From positions 1-59,820 of the forward strand of contig JAZOOX010000045.1 of NCBI GenBank assembly GCA_045655245.1: a DNA stretch of 59,820 nucleotides. Reading direction: 5' to 3'. The stretch comes from Clostridia bacterium (GTDB taxonomy: Bacteria > Bacillota > Clostridia > RGIG8785). A model generated the notes under the pieces. The model did no database searches. It was not told the DNA's origin and was given only the letters and a program-made list of their open reading frames with translations. Shown piece after piece: positions 20,829 to 28,881 of the stretch (within the stretch, counting starts at the first letter, position 1; the number at the start of each line of letters is the position of its first letter). The position numbers were made by a program, and so were the translations under genes.

Positions 20829-21344
20829 ATGATTATACTGATAAGCGGTGCATCCCACTGCGGAAAAACCGTTCTTGCCCAAAAGATTTTAGAAAGACAC
20901 CATTACCCATATCTCTCAATTGACCATCTTAAGATGGGACTGATTCGTAGCGGAATGACAAATTTAACGGTGTATGATGACGAAAAGCTGACGGCATATC
21001 TTTGGCCCGTCCTACGAGAAATTGTAAAAACTGCGATCGAAAATAAGCAACACCTGGTTATTGAAGGTTGTTATATCCCCATAGACTGGAAAAAAGATTT
21101 TACAGAGGATTATCTTCAAAATATTCGGGGATATTGTCTCGTAATGAGTGAAAACTATATAAAAACGAATTTTGATGCAATAAAGAGGTTTGCAAGTGTG
21201 ATTGAAAGCCGACTGGATGATAGCGAATACACAATGGAGAATGCACTGGAAGAAAATCGCGCGATAAAGGAACGCTGTGAAACGGCAAGGGTGGATTATA
21301 TCCTGATTGACGATAATTTTGAAGCCGTTTTAGCGTTGGCATGA
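20829..21344 (+). CDS. P-loop NTPase or small-molecule-kinase-like protein
   Basis: 171 aa with Walker A GASHCGKT at the N-terminus. Size and layout resemble nucleotide or 2-phosphoglycerate kinase-like ATPases. The substrate cannot be inferred. Confidence 0.65.
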   Translation: MIILISGASHCGKTVLAQKILERHHYPYLSIDHLKMGLIRSGMTNLTVYDDEKLTAYLWPVLREIVKTAIENKQHLVIEGCYIPIDWKKDFTEDYLQNIRGYCLVMSENYIKTNFDAIKRFASVIESRLDDSEYTMENALEENRAIKERCETARVDYILIDDNFEAVLALA

Positions 21345-21364
21345 TGGGTTTTTTGTAAAAGCAC

Positions 21365-21392
21365 TTGACATATTTTCGATTTGTGATATAAT
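21365..21392 (+). promoter_or_regulatory. SigmaA-type promoter of the T-box leader
   Basis: TTGACA (21365..21370), a 16 nt spacer, then the extended -10 TGaTATAAT (21384..21392). Confidence 0.65.
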
Positions 21393-21403
21393 TATGTAGG
21401 AAT

Positions 21404-21668
21404 TAAAGGCTGTGACGAAGAGGGCGCGTCTATCGAATCTTCAGAGAAATGGCGGTTGGTGCAAGCCATAGAGGAGATTTTCGTGTTTGTAGTTTCTGAG
21501 CCGAAAGGAAGAAAGCCGTCAGGTGAGTAGAACCTTTCCGTGATTGCTGCGTTAATGCATACGGGTTGTTAGGCCCTGAGAGTGGCGATTTTATCGCAAT
21601 TTGAGTGGTACCGCGGGTGTGCAAACGCTCGTCTCAAAGTAAATGGCTTTGGGGCGAGTTTTTTTTCG
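21404..21668 (+). promoter_or_regulatory. T-box riboswitch leader with a probable Val (GUA) specifier
   Basis: Stem I has a GA/K-turn (GGCUGUGACGAAG ... UUUCUGAGCC), an AG bulge AGAGA (21443..21447) and a distal loop GGUGCAA (21458..21464). The T-box sequence AAUUUGAGUGGUACCGCG is at 21598..21615, with the UGGU bulge at 21606..21609. A terminator (CUCGUCUC / GGGGCGAG plus U8, 21628..21666) follows. The triplet in the specifier position is GUA (21489..21491), followed by a purine. Confidence 0.9.
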
Positions 21669-21689
21669 CCCTTGAACGGAGGAAAGAAT

Positions 21690-23981
21690 ATGGAAAATTT
21701 TAAGGATGTTGGCCTGAAAATCAAAGAGATGGCGTGGCGTATCCGGGAACTGCGCGAAATTGAAGGATATTCCCCCGAAGAAATGGCACAAAAGACCGGT
21801 GTAACTGCAGAAGAATACCTGCGTTGTGAAAACGGAAAAAGCGATCTGAATTTTGCGTTTATTTACCGTTGTGCATCTGCTTTGCGTGTCAACGTAACAG
21901 ATATTATCGAGGGTTATAGCCCGAAACTGAAATCCTATACCGTAACCCGTTCCGGGGCGGGTCAGGAAATCGCAAAAGCACACGGCATGACCTATCACAA
22001 CCTGGCGTTTGCATTCAAAAATCGTATTGCCGAGCCGTTGTTCGTTCATAGCGTTTATGACGAAGCGGCACAGACCCGTGATATCGAATTAACGACCCAT
22101 GAAGGGCAAGAATGCGATATTGTCATTGACGGACATCTGATGGTTCAGATTGGTGCGCACAAGGAAGTGTTGGGGCCCGGAGACAGCATTTACTATAATA
22201 GCGACACGCCTCACGGTATGATTGCCGTAAACGGTGCAGACTGTCATTTTTACGCCATTGTTTTGCGCTCCAATGTAGAAACCGAATCTGCCGTCGGTAG
22301 CGAAATCATCCCTGAAAAGATTATCGGCACAGTTTTGCGGGATACAAAAGAACGTATCTATCACGAATTTATCGATATCGTTGAAGACGAGGACGGCACT
22401 CCGACTTCGATTACTTTCAAAAACGAAGATCGTTTTAATTTTGCATTTGATTTAGTGGACAAACTGTCCGAACGTGAACCGAAGAAACTGGCAATGTTAC
22501 ACGTTGCGAAAGATAAGACTGTTCGGCGGTTTACCTTTACCGATATGAAGAAGATGTCCAACCAGTGTGCAAACTATTTTGCATCGTTAGGCATTAAAAA
22601 AGGCGATCGGGTTATGCTGGTACTGAAGAGACATTACCAATTCTGGATCGCAATGCTCGGTCTGAACAAGTTGGGTGCGATTGCCATTCCTGCGGTTGAT
22701 CAGTTGCAAGAACACGATTTTGAATATCGTTTCAACGCAGCTGGAGTCAGCACCATCATTTGTACTTCGGATGGTGAAGCATCGAAACAGGTTGATATTG
22801 CGGCCGAAAAAGCACCTTCTTTGGTAAATAAAATCATGGTCGGTGATACCCGTGAGGGATGGCGCAATTTTGATGAAGAATTTAAACGTTTCAGCACTCA
22901 TTTTGCGCGGACGGAGGAATCCCCCTGCGGCGACGATACCATGCTGATGTATTTCACTTCCGGCACTTCGGGTTATCCCAAAATTGCGGCACATAACTAC
23001 AAGTACCCCTTGGGACATTTCCATACTGCTAAGTATTGGCATAATGTTGACCCTGACGGCTTGCATTTTACCATATCCGACACCGGCTGGGCAAAGGCGA
23101 TGTGGGGGAAACTGTACGGTCAATGGCTGTGCGAAGCCGCGACTTTTGTATACGATTTCGATCGTTTTGATGCTGCAGATATTTTGCCGATGTTTGCAGA
23201 ACATCACATTACCACGTTCTGTGCACCGCCCACCATGCTTCGTATGATGATTAAACAGGATATTTCAAAATACGACTTTTCTTCTGTCCGTCATATGACC
23301 ACGGCAGGGGAGGCTTTAAATCCCGAAGTTTACCGCCAGTTTGAAAAGGCAACCGGCCTTCAAATTAAGGAGGGGTTTGGTCAGACCGAGAGCACAATGA
23401 TCATCGGTAATCTGGTTGGGAAGCCGCATAAAATCGGCGCAATGGGCAAGCCTGCCCCGATTTACGATGTTGCATTGATGGATGGCGACGGAAACCTAAT
23501 CACCAATAACGAAGCGGGAGAAATCGTTATCAATGTTAAAAACGGTGCTCCCTGCGGCCTGTTTACGGGTTATTATAACGCCGAAGAAAAGACTAAGGAA
23601 GTTTGGCACGATGGCTATTACCATACCGGTGATGTTGCTTGGCGAGACGAGGACGGTTTCTACTGGTACGAAGGCAGAATTGATGATGTAATCAAATCGT
23701 CAGGCTACCGCATCGGACCTTTTGAAATCGAAAGCGTCATTATGGAACTGCCCTATGTTTTGGAATGCGGTGTTTCCGCAGTACCCGACGAGGTTCGTGG
23801 ACAAATTGTTAAGGCAAGTATTGTTTTGGTTGCAGGTACTGAACCCACAGAGGAACTGAAAAAAGAAATTCAGACCTATGTAAAAGATCGTACCGCACCC
23901 TATAAATATCCCAGAATTGTCGTATTCCGTGACAGCCTGCCCAAGACGGTTAGCGGAAAGATTCAAAGAAATAAACTGTAA
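21690..23981 (+). CDS. Fusion protein: XRE-type HTH plus cupin domain joined to a medium-chain acyl-CoA synthetase (ANL superfamily)
   Basis: The ATG at 21690 follows RBS ggaggaaag. The listed start at 21582 lies inside the T-box leader. The N-terminus has an HTH (YSPEEMAQKTGVTAEEYLRCENGKSD) and a cupin (GQECDIVIDGHLMVQIG...GDSIYYNSDTPHGM). The C-terminus has AMP-binding motifs YFTSGTSGYPK, GFGQTE, YHTGD, GRIDDVIKSSGYRIGPFEIE and SGKIQR. Confidence 0.9.
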   Translation: MENFKDVGLKIKEMAWRIRELREIEGYSPEEMAQKTGVTAEEYLRCENGKSDLNFAFIYRCASALRVNVTDIIEGYSPKLKSYTVTRSGAGQEIAKAHGMTYHNLAFAFKNRIAEPLFVHSVYDEAAQTRDIELTTHEGQECDIVIDGHLMVQIGAHKEVLGPGDSIYYNSDTPHGMIAVNGADCHFYAIVLRSNVETESAVGSEIIPEKIIGTVLRDTKERIYHEFIDIVEDEDGTPTSITFKNEDRFNFAFDLVDKLSEREPKKLAMLHVAKDKTVRRFTFTDMKKMSNQCANYFASLGIKKGDRVMLVLKRHYQFWIAMLGLNKLGAIAIPAVDQLQEHDFEYRFNAAGVSTIICTSDGEASKQVDIAAEKAPSLVNKIMVGDTREGWRNFDEEFKRFSTHFARTEESPCGDDTMLMYFTSGTSGYPKIAAHNYKYPLGHFHTAKYWHNVDPDGLHFTISDTGWAKAMWGKLYGQWLCEAATFVYDFDRFDAADILPMFAEHHITTFCAPPTMLRMMIKQDISKYDFSSVRHMTTAGEALNPEVYRQFEKATGLQIKEGFGQTESTMIIGNLVGKPHKIGAMGKPAPIYDVALMDGDGNLITNNEAGEIVINVKNGAPCGLFTGYYNAEEKTKEVWHDGYYHTGDVAWRDEDGFYWYEGRIDDVIKSSGYRIGPFEIESVIMELPYVLECGVSAVPDEVRGQIVKASIVLVAGTEPTEELKKEIQTYVKDRTAPYKYPRIVVFRDSLPKTVSGKIQRNKL

Positions 23982-23983
23982 AA

Positions 23984-25324
23984 TTGGAGGTGGTCGTTAC
24001 GAACCTTCCGTCCTATGTGAACGAAATACTTCGACGCCTGGAAGATGCCGGGTTTGAAGCATATGTTGTCGGCGGATGTGTACGCGACCACCTCTTATCA
24101 CTTATGCCGACCGATTACGACATAACCACTTCAGCAACGCCGCAAGAAATTAAATCGGTGTTTTCGGACACTAAAACAGTCGACATCGGCATTGCCCACG
24201 GAACAGTAGGGCTTTGCCTCGAAGACACCGTGGTTGAAGTGACAACCTTCCGAATCGATGGGGAGTACTGTGACTCCAGACATCCAACCGAAGTTTCTTT
24301 CACTGCCTCTTTAGAAGAAGACCTTAAGCGCCGCGACTTTACCATTAATGCGATGGCGTATTCGCCGCGACATGGTCTTGTGGATCTCTTCGGCGGTGCG
24401 ACTGACCTAGAAAACAAAATCATCCGTTGCGTTGGGAATCCCCAAAAACGTTTTCAAGAAGACGCGCTCCGTATAATGCGAGCATTACGTTTCGCTTCAA
24501 CGCTTAATTTCAGCATTGATAAAGACACGATGAATGCCGCGTTTTTGCTTCGTGACGGGCTTTTGCAAGTTTCATCTGAAAGAATTACGGTTGAACTCTT
24601 AAAAATGCTCTGTGGCGCAAATATCAAGCGGATTTTATTGGATGCAACTGCGGTTTTAGCCGTTATAATCCCCGAACTTCTCGAGATAAAAAACTTTGAC
24701 CAAAGGAATCCCCATCATATTTTCGACGTACTGGAGCATACCGCTGTAGCACTTGAAAACGTCGAAGCGACTCCTGAATTGCGTTTGGCGGTTTTGCTTC
24801 ATGATATGGGAAAACCCCGCACTTTCAGTTTGGACGAAAAGGGGGTTGGTCATTTCTATGGACATGCCGTTGTCAGTGTTGTGCTGAGCAAGAAGATAAT
24901 GGGCCGCTTACGCTTAGACAACGTGACCGTGGAACGCGTACTTCAGTTAGTAAAGTGGCACGACCACTGGATTGAGCCTGATAAAAGGGCCATTAAACGA
25001 GTATTAAATCATTTAACTCCGGAAGGGCTTAATGCGCTGTTAAAAGTAAAACGCGCCGATAATCTCGCTCAACACCCCGATCATCGGGACCGACTTTCGG
25101 TATACGAAAGAATACAAAAAATTTCCGGGGAAATAGTTGCTGAAAACGAATGCTTTTCACTAAAAAATCTTGCTGTCAACGGCAAGGACTTAATCGAACT
25201 CGGTGTGACGCCCGGTCCGCGTTTGGGCGAGTTACTGGACATTTTATTGAATGAAGTGATTGAAGAACGAACGGCAAATGAGAAGGACGCCTTGCTGGCC
25301 TTGGCAAAACGCATAAAACAATAA
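23984..25324 (+). CDS. cca: CCA-adding tRNA nucleotidyltransferase with an HD domain
   Basis: GGCVRD, DYDITT, RRDFTINAM and the HD motif LLHDMGKP. The exact start (TTG 23984 or GTG 23990) is uncertain. Confidence 0.88.
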   Translation: MEVVVTNLPSYVNEILRRLEDAGFEAYVVGGCVRDHLLSLMPTDYDITTSATPQEIKSVFSDTKTVDIGIAHGTVGLCLEDTVVEVTTFRIDGEYCDSRHPTEVSFTASLEEDLKRRDFTINAMAYSPRHGLVDLFGGATDLENKIIRCVGNPQKRFQEDALRIMRALRFASTLNFSIDKDTMNAAFLLRDGLLQVSSERITVELLKMLCGANIKRILLDATAVLAVIIPELLEIKNFDQRNPHHIFDVLEHTAVALENVEATPELRLAVLLHDMGKPRTFSLDEKGVGHFYGHAVVSVVLSKKIMGRLRLDNVTVERVLQLVKWHDHWIEPDKRAIKRVLNHLTPEGLNALLKVKRADNLAQHPDHRDRLSVYERIQKISGEIVAENECFSLKNLAVNGKDLIELGVTPGPRLGELLDILLNEVIEERTANEKDALLALAKRIKQ

Positions 25325-25356
25325 AAAAGACAGGAGCGATGCTCCTGTCTTTTTTA
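25323..25356. terminator. Bidirectional terminator between cca and the aspartate kinase gene
   Basis: gacaggagc-gat-gctcctgtc hairpin, flanked by an A-run and a T-run. Confidence 0.8.
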
Positions 25357-25364
25357 TTAACAAA

Positions 25365-26714
25365 TCAATGAATCAACGCGTTGTACAATGCGGTAACCGC
25401 TTTCTTTTCTTCGTGTGCACGAACACCGAACATCATGCTGATTTCAGAAGAACCCTGATTAATCATTTCGAGGTTGATATTGGCGTCGGCAAGAGCACGA
25501 GTTGCTTTTGCAGCGGTACCGACCGAGTTTTTCATACCTTCACCGACCAGCATGATGAGTGCAATATTTTGGTGAACATCAATGCTATCGGTATGAAGCT
25601 CGCTTTCTATGCGCTTGATAACCTTATTTAAAGTTGCCTCGGTGATGTTCTTTTTTCGAAGAATGACGGAGATGTCATCAATGCCCGAGGGAATATGCTC
25701 ACAGGAAATGTGAAAATCTTCAAGAATGGCAAGTAACTTACGGATAAATCCAACCTCGCGGTTCATCAGGTATTTACTGATTTGCAGGGTACAGAAACCA
25801 CTCTCGCTGGCGATACCCGAAACACTTCTGGAGATGCTGGCACGAACGGGCCAAATCATTGTACCAGGGGCGGCAGGGTTGTTGGTGTTGCGGATGCAAA
25901 CGGGGATCTTTGCTTTAAATACAGGAACGAGGGTTTCTTCCTGCAGGACGGAGAATCCGCTGGAAGAGAGCTCGCGCATTTCGCGATAGGTCAATTCTAA
26001 AATCGGTTTCGGATTTTCGATGATCTTAGGGTTGGCAGCAAATACGGAGTCAACGTCGGTAAAGTTTTCGTACAAATCAGCATCTACTGCGGCAGCCAGG
26101 ATAGCTCCGGTAATGTCGGAACCACCACGAGGGAAGGTGACCAGTACGCCATCGGTGGTATAACCAAAGAAGCCGGGGAAAACAACGATTGCCTTGCGGT
26201 TCTTTAAGCATTTTAAGAGTTCATAAGAGGTTTCAAGAATCTGAGCATTACCGGGTTCGTCACTCAGAATCATCCCCGCCTCCTTAGGGTTGACATATTC
26301 CGCCTCTTTGCCCAGCGAGGTGAGGTATGCGGCAACGACCTTTGCATTGTTGTCTTCACCTGCCGCTTTTAGGGCGTCGGTCAATTGGTCGGGATGGTCG
26401 GCGCCAATCTCAAGACGGGAATACAAATCTTTGCGAATGGTCTCGATTAAGTCTTTAGATACGCCCAGCCCGTTGATAATATCTGCATAGCGTTCTACCA
26501 CCGTTTCAATTTCACGGTCGGCAGAACCGGTTTTGATAAAGGCTTTTGCGCACTCGATTAATAAATCGGTGACTTTGGTATCAGAATCGTTACGTTTACC
26601 GGGCGCAGAAACGACAACTACGCGGCGTTCCTCGTCGGAAAGAACGATCTGAGCAACTTTTTTAATCTGTTCTGCACTTGCGAGGGAAGAACCTCCGAAT
26701 TTCGCTACTTTCAT
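25365..26714 (-). CDS. Aspartate kinase (monofunctional, with C-terminal ACT domains)
   Basis: MKVAKFGGSSLA...VVVVSAPG. The ATG at 26714 follows RBS caggagg; the listed start at 26747 adds 11 unlikely residues. The promoter candidate TTGAAA-17-TACAAT lies just upstream. I saw no riboswitch in the short leader. Confidence 0.9.
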   Translation of the reverse strand: MKVAKFGGSSLASAEQIKKVAQIVLSDEERRVVVVSAPGKRNDSDTKVTDLLIECAKAFIKTGSADREIETVVERYADIINGLGVSKDLIETIRKDLYSRLEIGADHPDQLTDALKAAGEDNNAKVVAAYLTSLGKEAEYVNPKEAGMILSDEPGNAQILETSYELLKCLKNRKAIVVFPGFFGYTTDGVLVTFPRGGSDITGAILAAAVDADLYENFTDVDSVFAANPKIIENPKPILELTYREMRELSSSGFSVLQEETLVPVFKAKIPVCIRNTNNPAAPGTMIWPVRASISRSVSGIASESGFCTLQISKYLMNREVGFIRKLLAILEDFHISCEHIPSGIDDISVILRKKNITEATLNKVIKRIESELHTDSIDVHQNIALIMLVGEGMKNSVGTAAKATRALADANINLEMINQGSSEISMMFGVRAHEEKKAVTALYNALIH

Positions 26715-26791
26715 ATTGGCCTCCTGATATTTTATAACTCTAAACATTGTACCTTTTTTTAGTGACTATTTCAAGTGTTTTCCAAAAAGAG

Positions 26792-28072
26792 TTACCGCTT
26801 TTTTGCTTTTTTTCTTGCTTTTTTTCGTGAAATTTCCAGTTGACGGAGAAAAAGTATTACAAACAAGGCAATAAAACCAAGGATCACGATGATGGTAACA
26901 GGATGTGTCAGAATCCGAAAGGCGACCCCTGCGCCCGAAACAGTAGGGCGATACGCCACCGAGCGGTCACTGTAAAGGGGAGATGTACCCAAAAGATTTC
27001 CTTGGAAATAAAAGGATACCTCGCCAAGAATATCACCTTTTGAAATAGGGGCACGTAATGTTTCGGAACATTTGATCTTTTTCTCGATCTCCTCCGCTGA
27101 AATGTCAGAGGGGAGAAAGGCAGTCTTTTGCTCTGATGCTTTTAGAATGATATGCGTTCCCTTCGGCGCATTATCAATGAGACGTTCGGTTATGGGTTCA
27201 TCTGCCGAGAGAAGCACTTTCGTTGAAAAGCGTTCAAATAAGAAATTTCCCAATTCTTGAACATCGTTATACGCGGTAATTGCATTTTCGTTCTGCTTTG
27301 CATTTGCAAGAACGAGGATAAGTTCGCGATCGCCGTTTTTTAACAGCGTTACGATATGATTGGTATTATCGGCCGACCAGTATGCTTCTTTAATCCCGTA
27401 GGCATATCGGTAAAGATAGGATGTATGCCGATAATTGCTGACCAACGAGTTGGTACAATAGACAGCGTAAGGGACAGCACCTTCGTTACGGGCGCAAAAT
27501 TCCTTGTAAACCGTTTTAGAAACGCCGGACAGTAACTCGTCATTGGCGTATTCACAGCCGAAGATTGCGAGGTCGTGCGCCGTCGTGACATTGTCAGGGT
27601 CACTGTAGCTAAGACTCTTCAGTTGCGTGCCCTTACAACCGAGGGCAGTAAGTTCTTGTTCAACGGCGGCGAAAAAGGATTCTACGGAATCGTAAAGGCC
27701 GGTTACAAGTGCATATAAACTTTGTGTCGAAGAATTCAGTGCGGTCATTTCGACCAAATCACGAACGGTATAGACGTCTCCCGACTTTAACTGGAGAGAG
27801 TTGTTGGGCAGCGGCAGATTTTCGGGTACTGTGATTTCCCGTTCCATGTCTGCGCCTTTGACAATAGTTGCCAAGGCAAAAACCGTAAGTTGTTCTGCAA
27901 TCGGAAAGGCTTGGTCAGCATTGGCAGAGAGTACAATCTGCCCTGTTGCAGGAACCATCGCCAGATAAACCGTCGATGCGAGGTCGGGGAGTTCTTCCGC
28001 ATTTGATATGGGATTGATTGCAGTAACAAGGAGTACTATGGCGATAATGATTGGTATGAACTTCTTTCTCAT
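26792..28072 (-). CDS. PBP5/S11 D,D-carboxypeptidase homolog with degenerate catalytic motifs
   Basis: Signal peptide, PBP5-like N-domain, PBP5_C-like domain (APISKGDILGEVSFYFQGNLLGTSPLY), and a C-terminal TM helix with a K/R tail. The expected SxxK site reads IAEQLT, the SxN region reads LNSSTQ, and the KTG region reads IKEAY. Confidence 0.72.
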   Translation of the reverse strand: MRKKFIPIIIAIVLLVTAINPISNAEELPDLASTVYLAMVPATGQIVLSANADQAFPIAEQLTVFALATIVKGADMEREITVPENLPLPNNSLQLKSGDVYTVRDLVEMTALNSSTQSLYALVTGLYDSVESFFAAVEQELTALGCKGTQLKSLSYSDPDNVTTAHDLAIFGCEYANDELLSGVSKTVYKEFCARNEGAVPYAVYCTNSLVSNYRHTSYLYRYAYGIKEAYWSADNTNHIVTLLKNGDRELILVLANAKQNENAITAYNDVQELGNFLFERFSTKVLLSADEPITERLIDNAPKGTHIILKASEQKTAFLPSDISAEEIEKKIKCSETLRAPISKGDILGEVSFYFQGNLLGTSPLYSDRSVAYRPTVSGAGVAFRILTHPVTIIVILGFIALFVILFLRQLEISRKKARKKAKKR

Positions 28073-28197
28073 AAAAAGCCCCTTTCTCTTTCGACACTAT
28101 TATACAATATTTTTTTAGAAAAGGCTACAAGTTTTTAAAAAACATTTGATATTCTTTTTAATTTATTGTATGATGTTATTATAAGGGAGTGTTATAG

Positions 28198-28881
28198 ATG
28201 AAAATTTTGATTGTTGACGATGAAAAATTGTTAGCGAAAGCAATTAAATTTAATTTTGAACAGGAAGGATATCAGGTTGAGGTTGCCTATGACGGCGAAG
28301 AAGCGATTAAAATGGCACGTGATAAGACCATTGATGTAATCGTTTTGGACCTGATGCTCCCGAAAGTCGATGGATTGACCGTTTGCCAAAGTGTTCGCGA
28401 GTTTTCCAACGTGCCGATTATTATGCTCACCGCCAAAAGCGAGGATATGGATAAGATTATGGGATTGGAATACGGAGCAGACGATTATCTGACCAAGCCT
28501 TTTAATATTTTGGAACTGAAAGCGCGAATCAAGGCGATTTTGCGGCGGAGTAACCAAAACCAGCTGGAAGATGTTAAATCAAGACAAGTTGAAGCAAAAG
28601 GGATTTTGCTGGATTACAATTCCAGGAAGGTTAAAATGGATGGCAAAGACGTTGAACTGACAGCGAAAGAATTTGATCTTTTGGATTTGTTTATGACCAA
28701 CATCGGGCGCGTATACAGCCGAGAACAGTTACTGGATATTGTTTGGGGGTACGATTACCCCGGCGACATCAGAACGGTGGATGTGCATGTGAGACGGTTA
28801 AGAGAAAAAATCGAGCCCAATCCCGCCGAACCGATCTACATTATGACCAAATGGGGTGTTGGCTATTATTTCAGTGAATAA
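28198..28881 (+). CDS. OmpR-family response regulator (WalR/YycF-like)
   Basis: REC domain (ILIVDDE, LDLMLPKVDG, MLTAK, GADDYLTKPF) and a winged-helix output domain (VELTAKEFDLL...RTVDVHVRRLREK). Confidence 0.92.
   Translation: MKILIVDDEKLLAKAIKFNFEQEGYQVEVAYDGEEAIKMARDKTIDVIVLDLMLPKVDGLTVCQSVREFSNVPIIMLTAKSEDMDKIMGLEYGADDYLTKPFNILELKARIKAILRRSNQNQLEDVKSRQVEAKGILLDYNSRKVKMDGKDVELTAKEFDLLDLFMTNIGRVYSREQLLDIVWGYDYPGDIRTVDVHVRRLREKIEPNPAEPIYIMTKWGVGYYFSE

Noticed and set aside
19081-21400. Calling the post-tmRNA block a bona fide genomic island.
   Set aside because: I searched by eye for a downstream direct repeat of the tmRNA 3' end and for integrase or recombinase genes, and found neither. 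It is kept only as a low-confidence observation.
21582-21689. The N-terminal 36 codons of the listed ORF 21582..23981.
   Set aside because: This stretch covers the T-box antiterminator/terminator region and has no RBS. The ATG at 21690, preceded by ggaggaaag and placed after the terminator U-run, is the plausible start.
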